Shown piece after piece: positions 27,699 through 37,738 of a stretch of DNA of 64,000 bases (its first letter is position 1; each line of letters begins with the position of its first letter). The stretch is taken from positions 3,428-67,427 of the forward strand of contig JBNKKI010000173.1 of assembly GCA_050291745.1 (NCBI GenBank), read 5' to 3'. The notes below the pieces were generated by a model. That model was given only the letters and a program-made list of their open reading frames with translations. It made no database searches and was not told the origin of the DNA. A program made the translations under genes and the position numbers. The stretch is from Gammaproteobacteria bacterium (GTDB lineage: Bacteria > Pseudomonadota > Gammaproteobacteria > GCA-001735895).

Positions 27699-28466
27699 AT
27701 GGCACAGCGAAAAATATCAGATAAAGAAACTATAGATCTTTCTGGTAAATCTAACTTTAGTGATTTATCTCCGTTAAGTAACTTTACAAAGATGCAACGA
27801 CTTGATTTATCTGATACAGCTGTTGAAGATCTCAGTCCTATTGCTAATTGTCGACAGTTAAAAGTGCTTCGCTTATCCCGTTCCCCGGTTAAAGACCTTA
27901 GTCCTATTGCTTCTCTAACAGAACTGGAAGAATTGCAAATTCAACAAACTCTGGTAAATGATCTGTCACCATTGACGCAGCTTAATAAGCTTCAATGGCT
28001 AAGAGCATCACATTGCTTTTTTACCGATATCCAGGCGCTTCGTGGAAAAAATGAGCTTGGACGACTTGAAATATCGAATTGCCCGGTTAAAGATTTTTCA
28101 CCACTTAAGGATATAAGCTCTTTAGTCATGCTTGTGTTACTTAATACGGGTTTTGACGATTGCTCACTGCTGTCAAATAATACTGGACTGGCAAATCTTA
28201 ATTTAGCACGAACCGAGATCAGCAATATTGATGCTCTTGCTGGTCTTGCTAAGCTGTGGCGTTTAGACCTTCAAGGTACTGTAATCTCTGATTACTCCGC
28301 TTTACTGGGACTTGCAAAATTAAGCGAGCTTTCTGTTGGGGATTATCTGAGCAAAGAAGAGTATGGTGGCTTAGATAATATTCCAGTATCAGAGTTAAAC
28401 CTGAACTGGGAAACATTTTCTGGTGAAGATGAAGTGCAAGCGTTTATTTCTTCGCGTATGTCTTAA
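27699..28466 (+). CDS. Leucine-rich-repeat protein, internalin-like 22-residue repeats, no signal peptide
   Basis: Nine or more tandem repeats of the L-x-x-L-x-L-x-x-T-x-V-x-D-L-S-P-L form (DLSPLSNFTKMQRLDLSDTAVE / DLSPIANCRQLKVLRLSRSPVK / DLSPIASLTELEELQIQQTLVN ...). Confidence 0.7.
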   Translation: MAQRKISDKETIDLSGKSNFSDLSPLSNFTKMQRLDLSDTAVEDLSPIANCRQLKVLRLSRSPVKDLSPIASLTELEELQIQQTLVNDLSPLTQLNKLQWLRASHCFFTDIQALRGKNELGRLEISNCPVKDFSPLKDISSLVMLVLLNTGFDDCSLLSNNTGLANLNLARTEISNIDALAGLAKLWRLDLQGTVISDYSALLGLAKLSELSVGDYLSKEEYGGLDNIPVSELNLNWETFSGEDEVQAFISSRMS

Positions 28467-28643
28467 GGATATTCTGGGTTGGGTGTATTGAGGAATGAAA
28501 TAGTTTCAATCAAGGTGCCAGAGCTCAGGTAAATAAATCCATTCGCAGATGACTTATTGACGTTTAATTTTTTAAAATAGGGATTAATTTGATGTAAGTT
28601 TGATGTTGCTGTTTGATTTTTTGTGTCTGGAACCATTTATATT

Positions 28644-29540
28644 TTAACGGGGTTTAACTGATTTTTTAGGATTATATCGCTGTACCAGTAAGCCGCCTAC
28701 AATAAGAACGAGGCCTATAAATGTGCTGGGTACAATGTTCTCAGCTAATATGAAATGTATAAAAACCAGAGAAAGAAATGGCGAAAGAAAAATTAAATTA
28801 CTGATACTGGCTGTATTGTCAGTAAGTTTCATTGCCAGTAGCCACAGAACGAAGCAGATACCCATTTCAAATAAACCAACATAGGCAGCTCCAAGAATAC
28901 CTTCGATAGGAATTATTCTGGGCGTTTCCATCACGAAATAATAGATCAGCATAAAAGGCAGACTGCAGATAAAATTGATAAATAAACCCACCACTGGATC
29001 ACGATGATCACGGGTATTAAAAATCCAGTACAGTGACCAGATGACCGTACTGACCAGTGCTAGAATTACGCCAAAGCTGTCAGTGAAATTCAGTTGTAGA
29101 AGTTTTCCTTCGGTAGAAATCACCACCACACCGAGATAACTGATGATTAAGGCCAGCCATTGATTTCTACTGATTTTATGTTTTAACAATGGTACCGATA
29201 ACAGCGAAAGCATGATCGCCCAGGTGTAATTGATTGGCTGGGCCTGTTGAGCTGGTAAACGCTCGTAAGCTTCAAACAGAATCAAATAATATAAAAATGG
29301 GCTTAGAAATCCAAGTACAATAGATAGTAGAAAATCCTGTTTTGTGGATTTAAAAACCTGCTGAAATTTTCCCTGTTGAATGAGGATAACTGCAAGCACG
29401 GCAGTAGAAAAAAAAGTGGAATAAAGCAGTAACTCAATGGTGCTAAGATACTGCAATGACAACTTGAAAGCTGTTGCTACTGTAGACCAGAACAGGACTG
29501 CTGTCAGCGCATATAAAACTGCACGGTGCTGTTCAGTCAT
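28644..29540 (-). CDS. DMT-superfamily (EamA-like) transporter
   Basis: 298 aa, 10 TM, EamA-type repeats (LYALTAVLFWSTVATAFK...). Confidence 0.75.
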   Translation of the reverse strand: MTEQHRAVLYALTAVLFWSTVATAFKLSLQYLSTIELLLYSTFFSTAVLAVILIQQGKFQQVFKSTKQDFLLSIVLGFLSPFLYYLILFEAYERLPAQQAQPINYTWAIMLSLLSVPLLKHKISRNQWLALIISYLGVVVISTEGKLLQLNFTDSFGVILALVSTVIWSLYWIFNTRDHRDPVVGLFINFICSLPFMLIYYFVMETPRIIPIEGILGAAYVGLFEMGICFVLWLLAMKLTDNTASISNLIFLSPFLSLVFIHFILAENIVPSTFIGLVLIVGGLLVQRYNPKKSVKPR

Positions 29541-29580
29541 TGATTTTATCCATGAAAATGTTCAGCTAATTTTTTAAGGT

Positions 29581-30303
29581 TTAAAGAACTTTACTTAAAA
29601 ATTGCCGGGTTGTTTCTTTTTGCGGATTAGAAATTACCTGTTCTGGAGGTCCGATTTCTTCAATAATGCCCTGGTTAAAAAATGCAACTTCATCAGATAC
29701 TTCGCGCGCAAAAGCGATTTCATGGGTGACACAGATCATCGTCATACCGTCATCTCTTAGCATTCGTAAAGTATCCAGTACTTCTCCGACCAGTTCCGGG
29801 TCGAGTGCAGAAGTAATTTCATCAAACAGCATGTAATCCGGTTTCATGGCTAAGGCACGTGCTATCGCCAGCCTTTGTTGCTGACCACCTGACATCTTGG
29901 TCGGGTAGACATCAAATTTATCGCCCAGGCCCACATGTTTAAGCTCCTTTTTAGCAATTTCCATTGCTTCTTCTTTGCTCATTTTTTTAACAATTCTTGG
30001 GGCAAGAGCAGCATTTTCCAGTACGGTTAAATGCGGAAATGAATTCCATTGCTGGAAAACCATCCCCAGTTTCTGGCGAAGTTTATCCTTGTTGGTATTC
30101 TTATGATGAACTTCAATATCATCAACAATAATTTTACCCTGCTGAATCTCTTCAATTGCATTAATGCAATATAGCAGAGTTGATTTTCCACTTCCTGAAC
30201 CACCGATGATACTGAGTACTTCACCTTTATTGACATCCAGATCAATACCTTTTAATACTTCAAGTTCTCCGAAGGATTTATGTACATTGCGAATATTAAT
30301 CAT
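29581..30303 (-). CDS. Polar amino-acid ABC transporter ATP-binding protein (GlnQ/HisP-like)
   Basis: Walker A GGSGSGKST, signature LSGGQQQRLAIARAL, Walker B MLFDEITSALD, H-loop; 240 aa. Confidence 0.85.
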   Translation of the reverse strand: MINIRNVHKSFGELEVLKGIDLDVNKGEVLSIIGGSGSGKSTLLYCINAIEEIQQGKIIVDDIEVHHKNTNKDKLRQKLGMVFQQWNSFPHLTVLENAALAPRIVKKMSKEEAMEIAKKELKHVGLGDKFDVYPTKMSGGQQQRLAIARALAMKPDYMLFDEITSALDPELVGEVLDTLRMLRDDGMTMICVTHEIAFAREVSDEVAFFNQGIIEEIGPPEQVISNPQKETTRQFLSKVL

Positions 30304-30953
30304 AAAGCCATTTTCCTCTCTACATACCGGCCATAAATAGACAGCGGGTATGAAATGATAAAATAAAAGATGCCAACTCCAATGAGAATTTCCAGAGGTT
30401 GTTGGGTTCGTGAAATTAACTGATCTGATGTGCGTAATAGTTCCATATAACCTATTACCGATACCAGTGCAGAATCTTTGATAACGCTAAGTGCGACTCC
30501 CAGCCAGGAGGTAAAAACAGCTCTTAAACCAATCGGTAAACGAATATAAAAAATGGTTTGCCAATAACTCATGCCCAGCGAACGTGCTGCAATTTGCATA
30601 GAGTGATGTACACTTTCAAAACCACTACGAAAAACTTCGCTCATGAACGCCATCGTGTACAGGGAAAGTACAATGGAACCTGACACAAAGGGAGCCAGAG
30701 GGTGACCAATTGCACCTATATAGGTTGAAAATAAAATCAATTGAATAATCAATGGCACACTACGGAATATATCCAGAATGCTACCAATAAATGTATTGAC
30801 GGCTTTATTGCTTTCTGCCCTGATAAAGCCGACAACAATACCAAGCAATGTCCCAATAACAATTGCTACGACAGAAATAATGATGGTGTTCCATACACCG
30901 GTAAGAATAAAACCAGTATCATTCCAGGATAAAGGCGTAAATAAAGATCCCAT
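30300..30953 (-). CDS. Polar amino-acid ABC transporter permease (HisM/GlnP-like)
   Basis: 217 aa, 5 TM, EAA-like loop ...AARSLGMSYWQTIFYIRLP. Confidence 0.8.
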   Translation of the reverse strand: MGSLFTPLSWNDTGFILTGVWNTIIISVVAIVIGTLLGIVVGFIRAESNKAVNTFIGSILDIFRSVPLIIQLILFSTYIGAIGHPLAPFVSGSIVLSLYTMAFMSEVFRSGFESVHHSMQIAARSLGMSYWQTIFYIRLPIGLRAVFTSWLGVALSVIKDSALVSVIGYMELLRTSDQLISRTQQPLEILIGVGIFYFIISYPLSIYGRYVERKMAL

Positions 30954-31618
30954 TAGATTTCTCCCCTGAACAGTTTACGCGAGATAAGTGATGAACTGAT
31001 CAATACCAGTTTGGTAATGAGAAAGTACATAACGGCAGCCACAATAAAAAACTCCAGCGTTCTAAATGATAGAGACTGTAATCTCTGGGTTTCTCCGGAT
31101 AATTCACTCATGCCTACCAGTATGCCCAGTGAACTCATTAAAATTGACCATACAAACTGATTAGTCATCGGGTGATAAATTCGTCTAAACATTTGCGGTA
31201 GAATAATATATCGATACACTTGTAAACTGGTCATACCGAGAGATTTGGAAGCGCTATACTGGGTTTTTGGAATGGACATGAACCCACCGCGAAAAGTCTC
31301 AGTCAGATATCCTGCATTAATAAAAACCAGTGCACTTAGTACGGCGGCATATGGACTTAAATGGATGCCGAATGCACCAAGCCCGAAATAAGCCATATAG
31401 ATTTGAAACAATGCCGGTGTATTTCTGGCAATTTCAACCCAGGCGATGGCGATATAGCAGAATGGTTTAGTGTGATTCATTTTGACAATCGCCAGCAAAA
31501 CAGCAATGGCAATGCCTATGAGCATAGATAGAACGGAGACATGCAGGGTAACAAAAGCCCCCTGAAGCATCTCAGGCATTTTCTGGAATACAATATTCCA
31601 GTGAAATTGATAGTCCAT
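30953..31618 (-). CDS. Polar amino-acid ABC transporter permease (HisQ-like)
   Basis: 221 aa, EAA loop ...ASKSLGMTSLQVYRYIILP. Confidence 0.8.
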   Translation of the reverse strand: MDYQFHWNIVFQKMPEMLQGAFVTLHVSVLSMLIGIAIAVLLAIVKMNHTKPFCYIAIAWVEIARNTPALFQIYMAYFGLGAFGIHLSPYAAVLSALVFINAGYLTETFRGGFMSIPKTQYSASKSLGMTSLQVYRYIILPQMFRRIYHPMTNQFVWSILMSSLGILVGMSELSGETQRLQSLSFRTLEFFIVAAVMYFLITKLVLISSSLISRKLFRGEI

Positions 31619-31796
31619 ACCTGGTAATCCTCTATTGAGTTATTCACATCAGGTTAAGAGCAGGATGATTTGCTCAACCTCAGTTAGACAGGCCAGCGAA
31701 CAGGCATGTTCGGCTGGCGTTTGTTCGCAGTAACAATACTACCCTGTTCAGTTCAACCGGATAACAGGTTGATGAACAGGGCGCTTTTTCTAATTA

Positions 31797-32618
31797 TTAT
31801 TTATTATCGCGTAAAGCCTGGATCAGATCTGCAGGCGCATCTGAGCCAAAGTGTTGATTATAGCGTTGATCCAGTTTACCGTCACGAATCTGATGAATCA
31901 GAAACAGGTTCAGATAATTAATCCAGCTTACTTCACTTCTTTTGGCGATTAGGCCAACCACATCGTCATAATTTGGCACAAAAGGGCCGGCAACATAGTC
32001 TTTGAATTCTTTTGATTGTAATTTAGTTGCGATATTAGTGTTGGTAGAAATAATAGCATCTACTTTACCCTGGTATAATCCGAGGAATGCATCATTTTCT
32101 GATTTAAAAGCTGTGTAGTTGCTTTTACCCCAGCCTTTTTTCTTAGCATATGCCAGATACTCAGTTTCATAAGTTGTTCCCAGTGCTGCACCGACTTTTA
32201 CTTTTTTCAAATCATCGAAAGTATTGATGTTTTTACCGGGTTTGGAGAAGACCTGAAACTTGAAAACAAAGTAGGGGTAGGTGAAACCAACCGATTTAGC
32301 ACGTTCCAGAGTATCAGAAGTAGAACCAACAACGACATCAGTTTTTCCTGAAACCAGAGATGGAATTCGGTCACCCCAGGTAAGATTCAAAACATTTGAT
32401 TTAACACCCAGAGCGGCAGCAAGATCATTACAGTAATCTACATCAAAACCGGCTGGTTTATTATCTTTGTCAAAATAACCCATGGGTGGAAAGTCTAGCA
32501 CCACGCCACAATTTAAGGTCCCTCTATCAAGAACTGTATCCAGTTGATCAGCTCTTGCATTGACTGTAAACAGGAGAGTCAATGCAGCAGCCATAACAGG
32601 TATATTTAATAATTTCAT
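31797..32618 (-). CDS. Polar amino-acid ABC transporter periplasmic substrate-binding protein
   Basis: Start set at ATG 32618 giving signal peptide MKLLNIPVMAAALTLLFTVNARA; family-3 SBP fold motifs (GFDVDYCNDLA, GKTDVVVG). Confidence 0.8.
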   Translation of the reverse strand: MKLLNIPVMAAALTLLFTVNARADQLDTVLDRGTLNCGVVLDFPPMGYFDKDNKPAGFDVDYCNDLAAALGVKSNVLNLTWGDRIPSLVSGKTDVVVGSTSDTLERAKSVGFTYPYFVFKFQVFSKPGKNINTFDDLKKVKVGAALGTTYETEYLAYAKKKGWGKSNYTAFKSENDAFLGLYQGKVDAIISTNTNIATKLQSKEFKDYVAGPFVPNYDDVVGLIAKRSEVSWINYLNLFLIHQIRDGKLDQRYNQHFGSDAPADLIQALRDNK

Positions 32619-32784
32619 ATTATTTCTCTCTATAGAATATATTTTATTTAGAACCAGTATTGGTTCGGATATTTTATTTCCCCATCTTATAGCAAGTAGG
32701 GTAAAAGTGATAATTTCAGGATGTATGTATATCGTTAAATAAAACCTCCTCAGTAATAATTGGTCATCTAAATAGTATAAATTG

Positions 32785-35700
32785 TTAAGAAATTCGTGAA
32801 AGTAATTCAGTGTTTCCACCGGATGCTGTGGTATCTACACAAACATGTCGTTCTGATAATATATGTCCATTATCGGGTTTTCCTGTAATCAATGGTTTTA
32901 TCGTACCTCTGGTTTCTGATAATGCCTGATCAAGGCTTTTAGCCTGTTCAATATCTCCCCACCAGACTAAGGCGGAATACCCATTCAGTATGGTTAATAT
33001 ATCAGCCGATATCAATTTTCCATATTCAACGGCATTCCCACCTGCTTCTCTAATTAAGCGAGCCTGCTCAGCGGCTGCCTGTTGTCCCGGTCCTAAACAT
33101 AACAGGGGAGCTTTTGCTATGCCACTTAGCTGATTTGACTCACCTGTTGGCCCGGGTAAATTAATCGATTGCAAATTACCGGAAGCACCAGCAGCTTCAT
33201 TGATCAGGTTTTGTAGTTCTTCAACAGACATTGAAGGCTCGCTGGAATAATCAGTATCAATAGCCGGTGCCGGACGTTGATAAAAGCGTTCAAGATAATG
33301 CGGTCCTCCTGCTTTTGGTCCGGTACCTGATAAACCATTGCCGCCAAAAGGCTGGCTTCCTACTATGGCACCAATTTGATTGCGATTGACATAAATATTA
33401 CCGGCATTTATTTTCTCGCAAACATCCTGAACCCGGTCATCAATGCGCGTCTGTAAGCCAAAAGTTAAACCGTAGCCGGTATTATTAATCGCATTAATCA
33501 CCTGATTGATCTGAGTGGCTTTAAATGTTGCCAGGTGCAGTACAGGGCCAAATATTTCCTGCTCTAAATCCTCAATACCATTGACTTCAATAACAGTCGG
33601 GCCACAAAAAGTACCCATTTCAGGACTGGATAATCGCTTTAAAAGGCGATTTTCTTTTTCTGCGCGATTGATATGTGATTCAATGATATCTAATGCCTGC
33701 TGATCTATAACAGGGCCTGAATCAATTTGTAAGAGCCAGGGATCACCCAGCCTCAATTCATCCATAGCACCAAACAGCATCTTTTTAAATGTTTCTGCAA
33801 TATCTTCCTGAACATATAGACAACGTAAAGCAGAGCATCTTTGTCCAGCTGATTGAAAAGCACTTTCAATAACTGCTTTGACAGCCTGTTCCGGTAATGC
33901 AGTACTATCAACAATCATTGCATTAAGACCACCTGTTTCGGCAATCAATGGTGCTCCAGGTTGAAGATGTTTTGCCATCGAACTACGAATAAGCTGGGCT
34001 GTTTCGGTTGAGCCGGTAAATACAACACCGTTGATACGTGGATCACTGGTTAGCAAAGCGCCAGTTGAGCCTTCACCCGGTAGTAATTGAAGAACATGAT
34101 CAGGTACACCTGCTTCATGCATGAGTTGTACTGCACGCCAGGCGATGAGTGGGGTCTGTTCAGCCGGTTTAGCCAGTACCGCATTACCGGCAGCCAGTGC
34201 TGCGGATATCTGTCCGGTAAAAATGGCCAGTGGAAAATTCCACGGGGAAATACAGGCATAAACACCAATAGGCGTATCATCACTCGCATTGGCAGCATAA
34301 TAGCGAAGAAAATCAACAGCTTCGCGAATTTCAGCCACTGAGTCAGATAATGATTTACCTGCCTCTCTTGCCAGAAGAGCAAATATTTCTCCGAAATGTA
34401 ATTCATACAGATCAGCGACCTTATTTAATATTTCAGCGCGTTTTTCAGTGTCTGCATCCCAGGTTTTTGCTGCAAGCAGAGCTGACTCAACTTCAGATTC
34501 ATCCGCCTGCTGTACGGAACCAACTTTATCTTCAGGAATGGCAGGGTTGTAGCAGTCAATTTGGTCACCCTTAAAATCAACGGCCGAGGCAATAAGCGGG
34601 GTGGCTTGCCATTGATGTTCATGAAAAGGTTCACGAGCAGTATCAATTTCTTTAAGTGATTCCCAGTTATTCAGATCCCAGCCACGTGAATTGCTACGTT
34701 GTGGCTGAAATAAATCTGTGCCTGTCCTGATATTGCTGCTTAAATTATCTGAAATTTTTGCGAAAGGGTCAGCAGCGACAATTTCCGGTGGTACATCTTC
34801 ATCGACTACCTGATTAACAAAAGAACTGTTTGCACCATTTTCCAATAAGCGGCGCACCAGATAAGCTAACAGATCCTGATGCGCACCAACTGGGGCATAG
34901 ATTCGACAAAGAGTATTTTCCTGTGCCTTGATTAACTGGTGCAACTGTTCACCCATGCCATGCAATCTTTGAAATTCAAAAGCAGTTTTGTCGGTGGCCA
35001 TGTGTAAAATAGCCGCTGCCGTATGGGCATTATGGGTGGCAAACTGCGGGTAGATACGATCCGACATATTCAGTAAGCGCTTTGCATTAGCAATATAAGA
35101 GATATCGGTAGCCGCTTTTGAGGTAAATAGAGGAAAGTCAGCCATACCCTTAAGTTGTGCCAGCTTGATTTCACTATCCCAATAGGCACCTTTTACCAGG
35201 CGAACTGTAATGCGGCGATCATATTGCTGAGCCATCTGGTAAAGAATATCTATAACCTGGGTAGAGCGCTTTCCGTAAGACTGTACAACGACCCCAAATC
35301 CATCCCATCCGGATAAAGCTGGTTCAGCAAACACCTGTTCTATTACTTCAAGAGATAAAGATAGCCTATCGGATTCTTCAGCATCAACTGTAATACCCAT
35401 ATCAGCTGACTTGGCTAATAAAACCAGTGATTTTAATCTTGGTACTAATTCATTTAACACCCGTTCCCGCTGGGCCAGTTCATAGCGTGGGAATAGTGCC
35501 GATAATTTGATAGAAATACCCGGATTAGTTCGAATATCAGTACCCTCACAGGCAGTTGCTATAGCACTGATAGCTCGTGAGTAGGCAAGGTGGTAACGAC
35601 TGGCATCTGAACTGGTAATAGCGGCTTCACCGAGCATATCGTATGAATAAGAATAGCCCTTTTTTTCCATACCCTGCGCGCGCTTCATTGCTGACTGAAT

Positions 35701-36231
35701 ATTTTCACCAAGCACAAACTGGCGTCCCATCTCTTCCATTGCCCGATTTACAGCAGTACGGATGACGGGTTCCCCAAGGCGTTTTATAGCGGCTTTTAAA
35801 TGACCTACAGGTCCTGGAGACTGCTCCTTTAATACCTTTCCTGTCAGCATCAGAGCCCAGGTTGAAGCATTAACCAGTGGAGAAGTCGAATGCCCCATGT
35901 GCTTCGCCCAGTCACTGGAAGCAATTTTATCTTCGATAAGTGCATCGATGGTTTCAGCATCGGGTACTCGCAAAAGTGCTTCAGCCAGGCACATTAATGC
36001 AATGCCTTCGTCAGTAGACAGTCCGTATTCAGCCAGAAATATTTCCATTAAACCGGGATTAGACTGCCCCCTGATATCTGATACCAGTTGGGCACCGTGT
36101 TTACTGATCAGTTGCCGTTCAGCTTCAGAGAGGTTTGTCTGGCTGATCAGTTCCTTAATAATTTCAATTTCATTGCGGTAAGTAAGCTGATCTATTTGCT
36201 GAATATTACCGGTATTGCTTACAGTAATCAT
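32785..36231 (-). CDS. putA: Bifunctional proline dehydrogenase / delta-1-pyrroline-5-carboxylate dehydrogenase PutA (no N-terminal RHH DNA-binding domain)
   Basis: 1148 aa; proline dehydrogenase (beta/alpha)8 barrel region followed by ALDH domain with catalytic-Cys/Glu region (ELGGKNA-type, FQSAGQRCSALR). Confidence 0.9.
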   Translation of the reverse strand: MITVSNTGNIQQIDQLTYRNEIEIIKELISQTNLSEAERQLISKHGAQLVSDIRGQSNPGLMEIFLAEYGLSTDEGIALMCLAEALLRVPDAETIDALIEDKIASSDWAKHMGHSTSPLVNASTWALMLTGKVLKEQSPGPVGHLKAAIKRLGEPVIRTAVNRAMEEMGRQFVLGENIQSAMKRAQGMEKKGYSYSYDMLGEAAITSSDASRYHLAYSRAISAIATACEGTDIRTNPGISIKLSALFPRYELAQRERVLNELVPRLKSLVLLAKSADMGITVDAEESDRLSLSLEVIEQVFAEPALSGWDGFGVVVQSYGKRSTQVIDILYQMAQQYDRRITVRLVKGAYWDSEIKLAQLKGMADFPLFTSKAATDISYIANAKRLLNMSDRIYPQFATHNAHTAAAILHMATDKTAFEFQRLHGMGEQLHQLIKAQENTLCRIYAPVGAHQDLLAYLVRRLLENGANSSFVNQVVDEDVPPEIVAADPFAKISDNLSSNIRTGTDLFQPQRSNSRGWDLNNWESLKEIDTAREPFHEHQWQATPLIASAVDFKGDQIDCYNPAIPEDKVGSVQQADESEVESALLAAKTWDADTEKRAEILNKVADLYELHFGEIFALLAREAGKSLSDSVAEIREAVDFLRYYAANASDDTPIGVYACISPWNFPLAIFTGQISAALAAGNAVLAKPAEQTPLIAWRAVQLMHEAGVPDHVLQLLPGEGSTGALLTSDPRINGVVFTGSTETAQLIRSSMAKHLQPGAPLIAETGGLNAMIVDSTALPEQAVKAVIESAFQSAGQRCSALRCLYVQEDIAETFKKMLFGAMDELRLGDPWLLQIDSGPVIDQQALDIIESHINRAEKENRLLKRLSSPEMGTFCGPTVIEVNGIEDLEQEIFGPVLHLATFKATQINQVINAINNTGYGLTFGLQTRIDDRVQDVCEKINAGNIYVNRNQIGAIVGSQPFGGNGLSGTGPKAGGPHYLERFYQRPAPAIDTDYSSEPSMSVEELQNLINEAAGASGNLQSINLPGPTGESNQLSGIAKAPLLCLGPGQQAAAEQARLIREAGGNAVEYGKLISADILTILNGYSALVWWGDIEQAKSLDQALSETRGTIKPLITGKPDNGHILSERHVCVDTTASGGNTELLSRIS

Positions 36232-36311
36232 AGCTATCTTCGAATAAAAATAGTCATTCTAGAGTATTTGTATTAGTCTATATGACTTCAACAGCCGTTT
36301 TATTAGTCTGA

Positions 36312-36812
36312 ATGGGTCAAAATATCTCAAAAATCAATGCAAATACGCCAGTAAACCTTGATTCATTTGATGAAAAGATTCTGGATGTGCTTTCCGGGCA
36401 TGGCCGAATTAGTATTAGTGAACTGGCTCGTAGAATTAATTTATCAAAAACACCAACTCAGGCAAGAGTCAAACGGCTAGAATCTGAAGGCTATATTGTC
36501 GGTTATAGGGCCATGCTTGACCCTATTCGACTGGGGCTGGATCATGTCGCTTTCGTCGAAGTTACACTCAGCGATACCCGTGAAGAAGCCTTAACAAAAT
36601 TTAATATTGAAGTGGCAAAAATTGGTGAAATAGAACAATGTCATATGATTGCGGGAAATTTTGATTACCTGCTGAAGGTGCGAACCCGCAGTATGCCTGC
36701 CTACCGAAAAGTTCTGGGTGAAAAAATTTCCGCTTTACCGCATGTAGCAAATACAAAAACTTTTGTTGCCATGCAATCAGTTAAGGAAGAAGTACTCGGC
36801 TCATGGGATTAA
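36312..36812 (+). CDS. Lrp/AsnC-family transcriptional regulator, divergent from putA (PutR-type arrangement)
   Basis: LDSFDEKILDVLSGHGRISISELARRINLSKTPTQARVKRLESEGYIVGYRAMLDP HTH plus RAM domain; 166 aa. Confidence 0.8.
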   Translation: MGQNISKINANTPVNLDSFDEKILDVLSGHGRISISELARRINLSKTPTQARVKRLESEGYIVGYRAMLDPIRLGLDHVAFVEVTLSDTREEALTKFNIEVAKIGEIEQCHMIAGNFDYLLKVRTRSMPAYRKVLGEKISALPHVANTKTFVAMQSVKEEVLGSWD

Positions 36813-36877
36813 TTTTCCAGTGTCGGTTTATCTGTCAACTGAATCAGTCTTCCCTCTGCTATTTACGCAAAAGTAAA

Positions 36878-37705
36878 TTAGTCAGACATTAATACTGGTA
36901 CTACCATGGAAGATAATAAATTCTGTGTAACACCGCCAAATATTTTTTGTTTTAATGTGGGCGTACCATGGCCACCCATGACCAGCAGGTCGATATCATA
37001 TTCAGTTATCTTATTCAGAATGACACTCGATACCGTGTTCTCACCTGGATTTACGTTTAATATACGTGCATTAACCTGATGGCTTTTCAAGTGGCTTGCC
37101 AGACCTTCAACAAGCACTTCACTTTTACTTTTTAATTGCTTTTTACTGGCAACCACCAGCAATATAACTTCATTTGCTTTTGCCAGTAATGGAATGGATT
37201 CATGTAATGCTCTGCTGGCAGCAGGTGTACCATCCCAGGCAACCAGTGCTTTGTTGTATTCTGTTTTTTTACTTCCGATATATGGGATAAATAATATCGG
37301 CCGGCCACTATGAATTAATACCTGCTGAGCAAATTCTACTAATCTGGAGTAATTATCTCTGGAAGGATTTGGCTGGCTTAATATTATCAGGTCATAGTTC
37401 CTGCTATAGTGCGCCATTTTGATGGCACTGTTTAAACTGTTACCCGTTATAACGATTGTTTTGACTGGTTGACCACGCTCTACTGCATCCTTTGTAAAGT
37501 CATCTGCCAGCTTGTGTGCGAGTTTATAAGCCATTCGAAGAATGGCTTTGTCATCATCACTTCTGGCATGCACTGGCTTCATTGACTCCAGAGATACACC
37601 TGTTATGTTAGCGTCAAATTTTTCTGATAGCTTATAAGCTGTATTTACCCGATCAGAATTTATTTCGCTGTCATCCAGGAAAACAAGAATATCCTTTATT
37701 GCCAT
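36878..37705 (-). CDS. Universal stress protein, tandem UspA domains (UspE-like)
   Basis: 275 aa; two Usp domains each ending in G-x-x-G-(x)n-G-S ATP-binding-like motif (MGGHGTPTLKQKIFGGVT). Confidence 0.75.
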   Translation of the reverse strand: MAIKDILVFLDDSEINSDRVNTAYKLSEKFDANITGVSLESMKPVHARSDDDKAILRMAYKLAHKLADDFTKDAVERGQPVKTIVITGNSLNSAIKMAHYSRNYDLIILSQPNPSRDNYSRLVEFAQQVLIHSGRPILFIPYIGSKKTEYNKALVAWDGTPAASRALHESIPLLAKANEVILLVVASKKQLKSKSEVLVEGLASHLKSHQVNARILNVNPGENTVSSVILNKITEYDIDLLVMGGHGTPTLKQKIFGGVTQNLLSSMVVPVLMSD

Positions 37706-37738
37706 TCTTACTCTTACTATATCCGGGTTTATCCTAAA

